Shown: in pieces, positions 54,349 to 64,000 of the stretch
Layout of the letters: every line of letters starts with the position of its first letter
How positions within the stretch are numbered: position 1 is the stretch's first letter
DNA from: Micrococcales bacterium
Lineage (GTDB): Bacteria; Actinomycetota; Actinomycetes; Actinomycetales; WQXJ01
Length of the DNA stretch: 64,000 bases
NCBI GenBank assembly: GCA_009784895.1
Contig: WQXJ01000005.1
Location: 3,495 to 67,494, forward strand
Direction of reading: 5' to 3'
Program-made: the position numbers and the translations under genes
The notes under the pieces: model-generated
What the model was told of the DNA's origin: nothing
The model's database searches: none
What the model saw: the letters and a program-made list of their open reading frames with translations, nothing else

Positions 54349-55646
54349 CCGCACTAGCTCCCGTCCTAACTTGTCGCTGGGGCAACGCTGAGTCTTGGAA
54401 ACTGGCCAACTACCTGGCGGCAGACGGCTACAAGGCGCTTGACGCGGCCTTCAAGATGAAGCCGGAAGAGGTTCTTGACCTGGTCAAGGCCTCGGGTTTG
54501 AGGGGCCGCGGCGGTGCCGGTTTCCCCACCGGCCTGAAGTGGTCCTTCTTGCCCGCGCCTGATGGCGGGCCGCGTTACTTAGTGGTCAACGCTGACGAGT
54601 CAGAGCCCGGCACCTGCAAGGACATCCCGTTCATGATGGCTGATCCGCAGCAGCTGATCGAGGGCATCATCATTACCAGCTACGCCATTGGCTGCCACCA
54701 CGCCTTTATCTACCTGCGCGGTGAGGTGGTTCACGTTTACCGCCGCCTGCTTAGGGCAGTGGCAGAGGCCAAAGAGGCTGGCTACTTGGGTCAGAACATC
54801 AAGTCCAGCGGCTTCGACCTGGATCTAACGGTCCATGCTGGGGCTGGCGCCTACATTTGCGGTGAGGAAACCGCGCTGCTTGACTCGTTAGAGGGCCGGC
54901 GCGGCCAGCCACGGCTGAAGCCGCCATTCCCGGCTGTGGCCGGTCTTTATGCTCGGCCCACCGTTGTCAACAACGTTGAGTCGATCGCCTCGGTGCCGTG
55001 GATAGTGCTCTATGGCCTTGACTGGTGGCGTTCGATGGGCACCGAGAAGTCAACCGGTGTTGGCATCTTTTCCCTTTCCGGACACGTCCAGAAGCCGGGC
55101 CAGTATGAGGCTCCCTTGGGCATCACCATGCGAGAGCTGCTGGACCTAGCCGGTGGAATCAGAGCTGGTCACGAGATCAAGTTCTGGCAACCGGGTGGTT
55201 CCTCGACGCCGATGTTCACCAAGGAGCATCTCGACGTGCCGTTGGACTACGAGGCTGTGGCCCAGGCCGGTTCAATGTTGGGCACCCGCGCACTGCAAGT
55301 CTTTGACGATTCGGTCTGCGTGGTCAGGGCAGTGACCCGTTGGATGGAGTTTTACGCCCACGAGTCTTGCGGCAAATGCACGCCGTGCCGGGAGGGCACC
55401 TTCTGGCTGCGGTCGGTTTTGCGCCGTATTGAGGCCGGCAAGGGGATCGCTGAGGATATGGAGATCCTTGACCAAGTGTCTGGTTCGATTGTCGGTCGCT
55501 GCTTCTGCCCCTTAGGCGACGGCGCGCCGGCCACATTGACCAGTTCGCTGCAGTTCTTCCGCGAAGAGTATTTGGCGCATATCGAAGGCGGCGGCTGTCC
55601 CACGGACCCAACAGCGTCCTACTTGTTCAAGGCGGTGCAAGCGTGA
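54345..55646 (+). CDS. nuoF: NADH-quinone oxidoreductase subunit F
   Basis: FMN/NADH site GRGGAGFPTG and GAGAYICGEETALL, plus the 4Fe-4S motif ESCGKCTPCREG. Confidence 0.95.
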   Translation: MTALAPVLTCRWGNAESWKLANYLAADGYKALDAAFKMKPEEVLDLVKASGLRGRGGAGFPTGLKWSFLPAPDGGPRYLVVNADESEPGTCKDIPFMMADPQQLIEGIIITSYAIGCHHAFIYLRGEVVHVYRRLLRAVAEAKEAGYLGQNIKSSGFDLDLTVHAGAGAYICGEETALLDSLEGRRGQPRLKPPFPAVAGLYARPTVVNNVESIASVPWIVLYGLDWWRSMGTEKSTGVGIFSLSGHVQKPGQYEAPLGITMRELLDLAGGIRAGHEIKFWQPGGSSTPMFTKEHLDVPLDYEAVAQAGSMLGTRALQVFDDSVCVVRAVTRWMEFYAHESCGKCTPCREGTFWLRSVLRRIEAGKGIAEDMEILDQVSGSIVGRCFCPLGDGAPATLTSSLQFFREEYLAHIEGGGCPTDPTASYLFKAVQA

Positions 55647-58051
55647 GCGAAGTAACCAACCAGGTGACCTTGACCATTGATGGCATCGAGGTCTCGGTGC
55701 CTAAAGGCACTTTGATCATCAGGGCGGCCGAAGAGGCCGGCATCTTGATTCCGCGCTTTTGCGACCACCCACTGCTGGCGCCGGTGGCAGCCTGCCGCCA
55801 ATGCCTGGTCGAGGTGGCCGCCCCGGCTGGGCCGGATGGCGAGCTGAGAGCCTTCCCCAAGCCGCAGCCGGCCTGCGCCGTAGCGGTCAGCCAGGGCATG
55901 GTAGTTGGTACCCAAGTTTCCAGCCAGGTAGCGGCCGAGGCCCAACGCCAGGTGATGGAATTGGTGCTGGTCAACCACCCGCTAGATTGCCCAGTTTGTG
56001 ACAAGGGTGGTGAATGCCCGCTGCAGAACCAGGCCTTTACGGCCGGCCGTTCTGAGACGCGTTTCACTGATGTCAAGAACACCTTCCCCAAGCCGCTTGT
56101 CCTGACGCCGCAGATCCTGCTGGACCGTGAGCGGTGCGTGCTATGCCAGCGCTGCACCCGCTTCTCGGCTCAGATCCCCGGCGATCCCTTCATCGGGCTG
56201 CAAAAGCGCGGTTCGAACCAGCAGATCGGCCGCTACGACCCGGCAGTGTTAGGGATGGCGGAGGCTGGCTTTGACGGCCAAGCCGACGCCGCCTTGGGCA
56301 CGGCCGTAGACGGCCAGCCGTTTGCCGGCTACTTTGCCGGCAATGTTGTCCAGATTTGCCCGGTCGGCGCGTTGACCTCACGGCTCTACCATTTCCGGGC
56401 CCGGCCTTTCGACCTGGTTTCGGTCGATTCGGTGGCGGACCACGACTCTTCGGGCTCGGCCATCAGAGTCGACTACCGCCGTGGTGTGGTGTTGCGGCGG
56501 ATGTCCGGCAATGACCCGTCCTTGAACGAGGAGTGGATCAGCGACAAAGACCGGTTTGCTTTCCGTTGGCAGGCCGGCGCTGACCGGATCAAGACGCCTT
56601 ACCTGCGCCAAGGTGACGAGCTGGTTGAAGTGCCGTGGGCCGATGCCGCCGCCAAGGTGGCGCAAATCATCGAGGACTCGCCGTCCTTCGGTGTGCTGCC
56701 GGGCGGTCGGTTGCCGCTCGAAGACGCTCACGCCTATGCGGTCTTTGCCCGTGAGGTGCTGGGCACCGAGAACATTGATTACCGCTCCCGGCAAAACAGC
56801 GAAGAAGAAGCTGAGTTCTTGGCCCACTTTGTGGCTGGCTCAGGCGCCGGGGTTGGCTTCGACCAACTCGGAGCGGCCAAGGGCGTGCTACTAGTCGGTT
56901 TCGAACCGGAAGAAGAAGGCGGCGTTGTCTACCTGCGCTTGCGCAAGTCGGCTGGAGGCCAAAAGGTCTTCTCCGTTGCCCCATTCGCCTCGCGCGGGCT
57001 GAAGCGGTTGGGTGCCACTCTGGTTCCCTCCGCACCAGGCCTCGAAGCCGAGGTTCTGGACACCTTCACCCCTGAGGCCACTGAGCCTTTGGCGGCCGAG
57101 GTTGCCGCCGCCCTGGCCGGTGGCGTCATTGTGGTGGGCGAACGCCTGGCCACCTCGCCCGGCGCCTTCACCGCTGCCCTGGCGGCAGCCAAGCGCCTGG
57201 GTGCCGATCTAGTTTGGATCCCGCGCCGGGCTGGCGAGCGGGCCGCCATCGAGGCTGGCCTGTTGCCGGACCTGGACAAGGGTAAAGACCTGACGGGCAT
57301 ACTCCAGGCGGCTGCAGCTGGCGAGATCAAGACACTGTTCGTTGGCGGCCTGGAGGTCTCCGACCTACCGGACCCGGCCTTGGCCAAACGAGCCTTCGAA
57401 GCCGCCACCGTGGTGGCGCTTCAGGTCCGTCTAGACGAGGTCGCGCCCTGGGCCGATGTGGTCCTGCCGGTGGCGCCATCGCACGAAAAGCCTGGCACCT
57501 TTATCAACTGGGAGGGCAAGCTGAGGCCATTTGGTCAAGTCTTGATCTCTCAGGTGCCGTCCGATGCTCGGTGGCTTCAGGTCATCGCTGACCAAGTTGG
57601 CGTTGAGACGGCTATTGGCCAAGTCTCGACGGTGCATGAGGTTATGGCCGCGGCTGAGCCGCCGGCCAGCCGGCCGCCGGCGCCTGACGTTAAACCGGGC
57701 GCGGCCCCGCAGCTGCAAACAGGTCAGGCCGTCTTGTCGACCTGGCATCAGCAGATCGACGATGCCGCAGCGCTGGCTGGCGAGGATAACTTGGCAGCCT
57801 GCGCACCCGAACCGGTGGCCACCATCTCGCCAGTCACGGCCAAGGCTGTTGGTGTCAGTGAGGGCGAGCTGCTCAGAGTGTCGAGCCAATGGGGGGCGAT
57901 TACCTTGCCGGCCCATATCACCGAGATGGTGGACCACGTGGTTCACCTACCGAACAAGTCCCCAGGCAGCCACGTCAATCAAACCCTGGCGGTAACCAGC
58001 GGCGCGATTGTCCAACTGGCGCTGGGCCGGGCGAAGGAGGTCGCGCGGTGA
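55643..58051 (+). CDS. nuoG: NADH-quinone oxidoreductase subunit G
   Basis: N-terminal Fe-S motifs CRQC, HPLDCPVCDKGGECPLQ and CVLCQRCTRF, followed by a molybdopterin-like domain. Confidence 0.95.
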   Translation: MSEVTNQVTLTIDGIEVSVPKGTLIIRAAEEAGILIPRFCDHPLLAPVAACRQCLVEVAAPAGPDGELRAFPKPQPACAVAVSQGMVVGTQVSSQVAAEAQRQVMELVLVNHPLDCPVCDKGGECPLQNQAFTAGRSETRFTDVKNTFPKPLVLTPQILLDRERCVLCQRCTRFSAQIPGDPFIGLQKRGSNQQIGRYDPAVLGMAEAGFDGQADAALGTAVDGQPFAGYFAGNVVQICPVGALTSRLYHFRARPFDLVSVDSVADHDSSGSAIRVDYRRGVVLRRMSGNDPSLNEEWISDKDRFAFRWQAGADRIKTPYLRQGDELVEVPWADAAAKVAQIIEDSPSFGVLPGGRLPLEDAHAYAVFAREVLGTENIDYRSRQNSEEEAEFLAHFVAGSGAGVGFDQLGAAKGVLLVGFEPEEEGGVVYLRLRKSAGGQKVFSVAPFASRGLKRLGATLVPSAPGLEAEVLDTFTPEATEPLAAEVAAALAGGVIVVGERLATSPGAFTAALAAAKRLGADLVWIPRRAGERAAIEAGLLPDLDKGKDLTGILQAAAAGEIKTLFVGGLEVSDLPDPALAKRAFEAATVVALQVRLDEVAPWADVVLPVAPSHEKPGTFINWEGKLRPFGQVLISQVPSDARWLQVIADQVGVETAIGQVSTVHEVMAAAEPPASRPPAPDVKPGAAPQLQTGQAVLSTWHQQIDDAAALAGEDNLAACAPEPVATISPVTAKAVGVSEGELLRVSSQWGAITLPAHITEMVDHVVHLPNKSPGSHVNQTLAVTSGAIVQLALGRAKEVAR

Positions 58052-59370
58052 GTTACGCAATATTGAGCCAGGGGGTCGGGGCGGCCGATTTCTCCCAGGA
58101 CAACGCCCTGATCGTGATAGTCAAGGCGGTCTTGATCCTGGCCATCCTTTTGACCTCGGTGCTGTTCGCGCTGTGGTTCGAGCGGCGGCTGGTGGCACGC
58201 TTCCAGCAACGTCTTGGCCCCAATGTGCGCGGTCCGGTGGGCTTAGGCCAGTCGCTGTACGACGCCATGGCGTTGCTGTTCAAGGAGGACATCAACGTCA
58301 AGCGGGCGGACAAGGTGGTCTACATCATTGCGCCGATGGTTTCGGTGTTCGCCTCATTGATGGTCTTCGCAGTGATCCCGCTGGGCGGTACCGCCAGGAT
58401 CCCGTTTACCTCGATTGAGACCCCGATCCAACTGACCGATTTCCCGGTGGCGGTGCTTTACATCTTGGCCGTCACAGCAATTGGCGTATACGGCATTGTG
58501 CTGGGCGGCTGGTCTTCCCGGGCAACCTATTCGCTGCTCGGGTCGGTTAGGTCCTCGGCCCAGATCATCTCCTACGAACTGGCCATGGGCATGAGCCTGG
58601 TGACCGTGTTCATCATGTCCGGCTCTATGTCAACCAGCCAAATTGTCGGTGCCCAGGAAAGGCTGTGGTACGGCATTGTTTTGGCCCCGAGCTTCTTGAT
58701 TTACATCATCTCGATGGTTGGCGAAACCAACCGCCTACCCTTCGACCTACCAGAGGCTGAGGGCGAGCTGGTCTCCGGCTATATGACCGAATACTCATCA
58801 ATGAAATTCGCCTGGTACTTCCTGGCGGAATACATCAACATGCTGAACGTCTCGGCCGTGGCCACCACCTTGTTCCTGGGCGGTTGGCGGGCGCCGTGGC
58901 CGCTGTCGCTGATCGGGGACGGCATGTTCAACACCGGCTGGTGGACCGTGATCTGGTTCATGATCAAGGTTTGGGCCGTGATGTTCCTATTCGTCTGGAT
59001 CCGCGGCACCGTTGTGCGCATGCGCTACGACCAGTTCATGCGACTGGGCTGGAAGGTGCTGCTACCGGCTGCCTTGATTTGGATCGTGCTGTTGACGGCA
59101 GTGAAGTTCATTGACGAATTCGGCGCCGGCTTCAACGAGTGGGCGGTTCCGGTGTTGTCCCTGGCCACATTGGTGTTCGTCTTGCTGTTGTACTGGCCAG
59201 AACGCATCTCGGCCAAGCCACCAAGACAAGGGCCACCGGAGGAGATCGACCCGTATGCTGACGGCTTCCCGGTGCCGCCACTGCCTGGGCAGGTGTTGCC
59301 ACCCTCACCCAGGGCTGAAAGGCAATTGACGCCGGCTGCGCCCAAAGAGGACCAGGAGGAGGAGCGTTGA
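58048..59370 (+). CDS. nuoH: NADH-quinone oxidoreductase subunit H (with Pro-rich C-terminal tail)
   Basis: [15 protein letters not shown] and [21 protein letters not shown] motifs. The GTG at 58048 overlaps the nuoG stop. The track ORF start at 57889 lies inside nuoG. Confidence 0.95.
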   Translation: MSYAILSQGVGAADFSQDNALIVIVKAVLILAILLTSVLFALWFERRLVARFQQRLGPNVRGPVGLGQSLYDAMALLFKEDINVKRADKVVYIIAPMVSVFASLMVFAVIPLGGTARIPFTSIETPIQLTDFPVAVLYILAVTAIGVYGIVLGGWSSRATYSLLGSVRSSAQIISYELAMGMSLVTVFIMSGSMSTSQIVGAQERLWYGIVLAPSFLIYIISMVGETNRLPFDLPEAEGELVSGYMTEYSSMKFAWYFLAEYINMLNVSAVATTLFLGGWRAPWPLSLIGDGMFNTGWWTVIWFMIKVWAVMFLFVWIRGTVVRMRYDQFMRLGWKVLLPAALIWIVLLTAVKFIDEFGAGFNEWAVPVLSLATLVFVLLLYWPERISAKPPRQGPPEEIDPYADGFPVPPLPGQVLPPSPRAERQLTPAAPKEDQEEER

Positions 59371-59372
59371 GC

Positions 59373-59978
59373 ATGCAAGACAAGCCGCTGGTCGACCCGA
59401 CGCGCAAGCCGAAAGGTTTCTTGGCCTTTGGCCTAGCCCCTTGGGCCGGTTTCGGTGTGACCTTCAAGACGCTGTTCAAGAAGCCAACCACCGAGCAGTA
59501 CCCGTTCAAGTATCCGCCGCCCTTCCCGCGTTACCACGGCCGCCATCAGCTCAACCGCTACGCTGACGGCCTGGAGAAATGCGTCGGCTGCGAGCTTTGT
59601 GCCTGGGCTTGTCCGGCCGACGCCATATTGGTTGAGGCTGGGGCCAACACCGAGCAGGAACGCTTTTCGCCAGGAGAACGCTACGGCCGGGTCTACGAGA
59701 TCAACTACTTGCGCTGTATCTTCTGTGGTTTCTGCATGGAAGCCTGCCCCACCAGGGCCCTGACCATGACTACCTTCTACGAGCTGTCCGGTCCCACGCG
59801 GGAGTCGATGATCTTCACCAAAGACCAATTGCTGGCCCCGGTGGTCGAGCCGATGGTGGCGCCGCCGCACCCGATGGTGCCAGGCAGCACTACCGCCGAC
59901 TACTACAAGGGCAAGATCACAGGTCCTGGTCCGGCCCAAGTCGTTGAAGACGAACAAGGACAAGGAGAGGCGTCATGA
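59373..59978 (+). CDS. nuoI: NADH-quinone oxidoreductase subunit I
   Basis: Two ferredoxin motifs, [12 protein letters not shown] and [12 protein letters not shown]. An alternative TTG start at 59367 is possible. Confidence 0.95.
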   Translation: MQDKPLVDPTRKPKGFLAFGLAPWAGFGVTFKTLFKKPTTEQYPFKYPPPFPRYHGRHQLNRYADGLEKCVGCELCAWACPADAILVEAGANTEQERFSPGERYGRVYEINYLRCIFCGFCMEACPTRALTMTTFYELSGPTRESMIFTKDQLLAPVVEPMVAPPHPMVPGSTTADYYKGKITGPGPAQVVEDEQGQGEAS

Positions 59979-60838
59979 GCCCGCAGCTGCTGAGCGCCGG
60001 AGCCTCGCTAACAATGTCGACATCGGAACTGTGGTTGTTCTGGACGGTGGCCCCAGTGGTGGTGCTTGGGGCCCTGGCCCTGTTATTTGCCCGCCGGCCA
60101 GTGATTGTGGCCTGCTCGGTCATGATCACAATGGTGGGCTTGGCCTTCTTGTACGTTGGCCTGGGCGCACCCTTCCTAGGCGTGGTCCAAGTCGTGGTCT
60201 ACACCGGCGCCATCATGATGCTGTTCGTATTTGTGCTGATGCTGGTGGGTGTGGACGCTTCGGATTCATCCATTGAAACCATCCGGGGCCAGCGCTGGAT
60301 TGGCATTATCTTGGGCCTGGGCCTGTTGGTGGTACTAGGCGGGGCCGCTCTTAGGGCGACCTGGAACGATCCAGTAGGCGTGGCCCCAATGAACGCGGCC
60401 GAGCAAGGTGGCAACCCTGGCGGCTTGGCCAAGGTCCTGTTTAGCGACTTTGCCTTCACCCTGGAAGTGGTTGGCACCCTGCTGATAATCGCTGCCATGG
60501 GCGCGGTTATCATGACCCACCGCCAGCGCATTGGCCGGCGGATTGGCCAGCGCGAACGCGCCGCCAGGGCCGTGGCCACGGGCAAACAGATTGCCATGCT
60601 GCCCGGTCCGGGTGTCTTTGCCCGGCATAACGCGGCCGATATCCCGGCTCTGGACGCCGACGGCCAGCAGATTGACGATTCGGTCGCCACGGTGGTGCGC
60701 ATGCGCGGCCAGACCCACCGCTTGCACGGTTTGGCCGAGGACCTGCTGCCGCCGGTCCCGCCAACTAACGTCCGGGCCGCCGGGCCGCCGGTGGAAGTTG
60801 CCCGACCTAGCCAAGACGAGGGGGAGGAGCAGCCATGA
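59975..60838 (+). CDS. nuoJ: NADH-quinone oxidoreductase subunit J (with C-terminal extension)
   Basis: Five TM helices and [21 protein letters not shown] overlaps at both ends. Confidence 0.9.
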   Translation: MSPQLLSAGASLTMSTSELWLFWTVAPVVVLGALALLFARRPVIVACSVMITMVGLAFLYVGLGAPFLGVVQVVVYTGAIMMLFVFVLMLVGVDASDSSIETIRGQRWIGIILGLGLLVVLGGAALRATWNDPVGVAPMNAAEQGGNPGGLAKVLFSDFAFTLEVVGTLLIIAAMGAVIMTHRQRIGRRIGQRERAARAVATGKQIAMLPGPGVFARHNAADIPALDADGQQIDDSVATVVRMRGQTHRLHGLAEDLLPPVPPTNVRAAGPPVEVARPSQDEGEEQP

Positions 60839-61134
60839 GCGTCACCGCCTATCTGGTCTTAGCCGTCATTTTGTTTGTCATTGGCACCGTCACGGTGCTG
60901 GTGCGGCGTAGTGCCATCATCATGTTCATGGGCGTCGAAATGGCGCTGAACGCGGCCAACTTGGCGTTTGTGGCCTTCGCCCGGCTGTACGGCGATTTCC
61001 ACGGCCAAATGGCCGCCTTCTTCGTCATGGTGGTGGCCGCCGCCGAGGTGGTGGTCGGCTTAGCCATCATCATTGCCCTGTTCAGAACTCGGCACACTGT
61101 CAGTGCCGATAACACCAGCTTGATGAGGCGATGA
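60835..61134 (+). CDS. nuoK: NADH-quinone oxidoreductase subunit K
   Basis: A 99-aa three-TM protein with [11 protein letters not shown] and [11 protein letters not shown]. Confidence 0.9.
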   Translation: MSVTAYLVLAVILFVIGTVTVLVRRSAIIMFMGVEMALNAANLAFVAFARLYGDFHGQMAAFFVMVVAAAEVVVGLAIIIALFRTRHTVSADNTSLMRR

Positions 61135-63104
61135 TCGACATGTTGAACTCCATGTTTATGAGCACCGAGCCAATCGAACCGATTAGCGCCAGTCTTCCTG
61201 CCACCGGTCCGGCCAGTCTTATCTGGCTTTGCGTGGCCATCCCGCTGGTCTCGGCCGGGCTGTTGTTGGTCATGGGCCGCCGGTCCAACCCGTGGGGCCA
61301 CTGGCTTGGCGTGTTGGCTTCGTCTTCCACTTTTGTGGTCGGTGTAGCCGCCTTCTTCCAGCTGCTCGGATTGGACGCGGCTGAGCGGTCGATGAACGTC
61401 AAGCTATTCACCTTCCTGCCGGCGATTGGACCAATTGGCCCGGTCGAAGCCGGTATGCAGGTTGATCAGCTTTCGATCACATTTGTGCTACTAGTCAGTT
61501 TCGTTGGTTCGCTGATCCACATCTATTCGGTGGCCTATATGGACCACGACCCGGACCGGCGGCGTTTCTTCGCCTACCTCAACCTGTTTGTGGCCTCGAT
61601 GCTGCTGCTAGTACTGGGTAACTCCTATCTGCTGCTGTTTATTGGCTGGGAGGGCGTTGGTTTGGCCTCCTACCTGCTGATCGGTTTTTGGAACCACCGC
61701 GACGAATACGCCGTGGCGGCCAAGAAAGCCTTCGTGGTCAACCGGGTAGGCGATATTGGCCTGCTCGTGGCCATGATGCTGATGTTCGCCAACTTCCATG
61801 CGGTTGGATTCACCGAAGTCTTCGCACAGGCGCCGGAAGCCTCCAGTGCCCTGGTTACCGGCATCGGCATCATGCTGTTGCTTGCGGCCTGCGGCAAGTC
61901 CGCCCAATTCCCGCTTCAATCCTGGCTCGGTGACGCCATGGCCGGCCCAACACCGGTCTCTGCTCTGATCCACGCCGCCACCATGGTCACCGCCGGTGTC
62001 TATCTGGTGGTCCGCTCCGGCCCGATCTACGCCGGCGCGCCCAACGCCAAACTGGCGGTAGTCGTCATCGGCGCTATCACACTGCTGTATGGCGCCATCG
62101 TCGGCTGCGCCAAGGACGATATGAAGAAGGCCCTGGCAGCCTCGACCATGTCGCAGATCGGCTACATGATGCTGGCGGCTGGGCTAGGGCCGGTTGGCGC
62201 CGCCTTCGCCATTATGCATCTGCTGACCCATGGCTTCTTCAAGGCCGGCATGTTCCTAGGAGCCGGTTCGGTTATGCACGGCATGAACGACGAGGTCGAC
62301 ATGCGCCGCTTTGGTGCTGTTAGAAGCGCCATGATGGTGACCTACGTCACCTTCGGCTTGGGCTGGTTGGCCATCTTGGGCCTGCCACCCTTCGCTGGTT
62401 TCTTCTCCAAGGACAAGATCATTGAGGCGGCTTTCGAGGGCACCGGCTGGCAGCCGTGGGTCTTTGGCTTTGTCACAATGATTGGCGCCGGCATCACCGC
62501 CTTCTACATGTCTCGCCTCTTCTTTATGGTCTTCCACGGCCAGGCTCGCTGGGATGACGGCGTTCACCCGCATGAATCCCCGGCCCTTATGACTGTGCCA
62601 ATGATGATTTTGGCCCTCGGCTCGGTTTCCTTGGGCTTCATCTTGTGGCTGGTTAAGTTCCCCGACTGGCTGGCCCCCATAACCGACCCGCATCACCACC
62701 ACGCCGAGGCTCCGGTTTTGGCGGTGCCAGTCATTACTGGCGTCACCTTGGCACTTGTGCTGATTGGCGGCTTTTTGGCTTGGACCCTGTTTGGCACCAA
62801 GAAAGCCAAAGTGCCCAAGTTGCCGCCGGCAGCCAACGGCCTGGTTAAGGCGGCCAGGCTGGACCTCTACCAAGACCAGGTCAACCACGGCCTGTTCGTC
62901 ATACCGGGTCAGGGGCTTATCAATGTCACCACAGCGGCTGACACCCATGTGGTTGACGGTTCGGTCAGGGGCTTGGGTTGGCTGATCAGCCGGTCCGGCC
63001 AGGTGGTGCGAAGACTCCAAACTGGTTATGCCCGTTCGTACGCGGCCACCATGGTGGCTGGCATGGTCATTCTCTTGGCCATTGTCCTGGCCGTGGTGTT
63101 GTGA
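61131..63104 (+). CDS. nuoL: NADH-quinone oxidoreductase subunit L
   Basis: Antiporter-like subunit with [52 protein letters not shown] and a long C-terminal lateral-helix region. Confidence 0.95.
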   Translation: MIDMLNSMFMSTEPIEPISASLPATGPASLIWLCVAIPLVSAGLLLVMGRRSNPWGHWLGVLASSSTFVVGVAAFFQLLGLDAAERSMNVKLFTFLPAIGPIGPVEAGMQVDQLSITFVLLVSFVGSLIHIYSVAYMDHDPDRRRFFAYLNLFVASMLLLVLGNSYLLLFIGWEGVGLASYLLIGFWNHRDEYAVAAKKAFVVNRVGDIGLLVAMMLMFANFHAVGFTEVFAQAPEASSALVTGIGIMLLLAACGKSAQFPLQSWLGDAMAGPTPVSALIHAATMVTAGVYLVVRSGPIYAGAPNAKLAVVVIGAITLLYGAIVGCAKDDMKKALAASTMSQIGYMMLAAGLGPVGAAFAIMHLLTHGFFKAGMFLGAGSVMHGMNDEVDMRRFGAVRSAMMVTYVTFGLGWLAILGLPPFAGFFSKDKIIEAAFEGTGWQPWVFGFVTMIGAGITAFYMSRLFFMVFHGQARWDDGVHPHESPALMTVPMMILALGSVSLGFILWLVKFPDWLAPITDPHHHHAEAPVLAVPVITGVTLALVLIGGFLAWTLFGTKKAKVPKLPPAANGLVKAARLDLYQDQVNHGLFVIPGQGLINVTTAADTHVVDGSVRGLGWLISRSGQVVRRLQTGYARSYAATMVAGMVILLAIVLAVVL

Positions 63105-63114
63105 AAGGCGCTGA

Positions 63115-64000
63115 ATGATGGAATCTATCCCCTGGCTGACTCTGCTGATCGCGGTGCCTTCAATAGGCGCACTGGTGGTCTGGCTGGTCCCCGGTGCCGT
63201 CCGGCGCTATGCCCGCCAAGTGGCCTTTGTCTTCTCGCTGGTGGTTCTGGTCATGGCCGTGATCATGGCCGCTGGCTTCAAAACCAACGGTGGTGTTCAG
63301 TTCACCGAGAAGTACACCTGGATCCCTCGCTTCGGCATCAACTACGAAGTTGGTGTCGGTGGCATTGGTCTAACCATGGTGCTGCTGTCGGTGCTATTGG
63401 TGCCGTTGGTGCTGCTGGCGGCCTGGCGCGAACAGGAAACGCCATCTCGCAGCGCCAACTATGCCGCGCTGGTGTTGTGGCTCGAGTCGTTTATGGTAGC
63501 GATCTTCGCTGCTCGCGACGTTTTCTTGTTCTACCTGGTTTTCGAGGCCATGCTGATTCCGGTCTATTTCATGATCGGTTCATTCGGTTCTGGCGCCGTG
63601 CGCCGCAAGGCCGCTTTGAAGTTCCTGCTCTATTCGCTGGCCGGCGGTCTAATCATGCTCGGTGGCGTTATCGCCATCTGGACCCAGGCTGGCAAGGGTT
63701 ATTCGGTTGGTGATTTGACCGGGATCGACTGGGGTTCGTCAACCGCTGAGCGTTTGATCTTCCTGTCCTTCTTCATCGCCTTCGCGGTCAAGGCGCCAAT
63801 GTGGCCAGTTCACACTTGGTTGCCCGATGCCGCCCAGGCGGCTAAGCCCGGCACTTCAGTTTTGCTGGTGGGCGTGTTGGACAAGGTTGGCACCTTCGGC
63901 ATGCTGGTGCTGTGCCTGCCGATGTTCCCCAACGCCGCCAAATGGGCCGCACCGGCCATTGTGGTCTTGGCCCTGATCTCGATTGTTTGGGGGGCGCTAA
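63115..64000 (+). CDS. nuoM: NADH-quinone oxidoreductase subunit M (3' end beyond the window)
   Basis: Not in the ORF track because it is open at the window edge. My translation reads MMESIPWLTLLIAVPSIGALVVW...FLFYLVFEAMLIPVYFMIG...AVKAPMWPVHTWLPDA. Confidence 0.9.
   Translation, partial: MMESIPWLTLLIAVPSIGALVVWLVPGAVRRYARQVAFVFSLVVLVMAVIMAAGFKTNGGVQFTEKYTWIPRFGINYEVGVGGIGLTMVLLSVLLVPLVLLAAWREQETPSRSANYAALVLWLESFMVAIFAARDVFLFYLVFEAMLIPVYFMIGSFGSGAVRRKAALKFLLYSLAGGLIMLGGVIAIWTQAGKGYSVGDLTGIDWGSSTAERLIFLSFFIAFAVKAPMWPVHTWLPDAAQAAKPGTSVLLVGVLDKVGTFGMLVLCLPMFPNAAKWAAPAIVVLALISIVWGAL

Noticed and set aside
56205-56225. tRNA T-arm-like strings (GGTTCGAACC) here and at about 11890 and 56895
   Set aside because: All lie inside well-supported coding frames (nuoG, folP), and no flanking acceptor or anticodon stems could be built.
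57889-58047. 53-codon N-terminal extension of the nuoH ORF
   Set aside because: It lies inside the nuoG 3' end in another frame. The GTG at 58048 overlaps the nuoG stop, the standard coupled arrangement.

Overview
High-GC actinobacterial chromosome segment (GC judged by eye only). It is almost entirely tightly packed core housekeeping genes, with many ATGA/GTGA start-stop overlaps. I call about 63 CDSs. Block 1: metY (partial), bcp, a RipA-like NlpC/P60 hydrolase and ppa. Block 2 is a long co-directional run: dacB, Zn-metalloprotease, tilS, hpt, ftsH, folE, folP, folB::folK, DUF3180, DUF2520, panC, lysS, lsr2, gpmA, carD, ispF, cysS, rlmB. As I recall it, this order is collinear with the M. 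tuberculosis Rv3628c to Rv3579c region, with several genes missing. Block 3: DUF4032 kinase-like protein, msiK, a secreted S8 protease with FG-GAP repeats, otsB-otsA, an ABC-2 exporter pair, trkA-trkH, an HTH protein plus the 32-aa ribosomal microprotein bS22 (absent from the ORF track), an orphan beta-class DNA methyltransferase, a HAD hydrolase and a histidine phosphatase. Block 4: menaquinone genes menA, menE, menB, menC, menD, menF, menG and a menJ-like reductase, interleaved with a DUF3048 lipoprotein and an HtrA protease. Block 5: nuoA to nuoM, with nuoM running off the window. I found no rRNA, tRNA, CRISPR array, transposase, integrase or prophage signal. I do not see a convincing novel multi-gene system. 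The most unusual items are: (1) an unrecognised 32-bp intergenic repeat family at three loci, one a head-to-tail array starting on the bcp stop codon and one framing a palindrome between divergent menB and menC; (2) a FolB-FolK fusion joined by a ~230-aa proline-rich linker; (3) low-complexity insertions in otherwise conserved enzymes (MenB active-site loop, HtrA N-terminus, a natural (G5S)n linker in the NlpC/P60 hydrolase); (4) an S8 protease fused to five FG-GAP blades; (5) an SD-sequestering leader structure upstream of msiK, a candidate for the msiK RNA motif; (6) an in-frame post-stop duplicate of the DUF3048 gene's 3' end. Most long ORFs in the track that lie antisense to these genes are high-GC artefacts.
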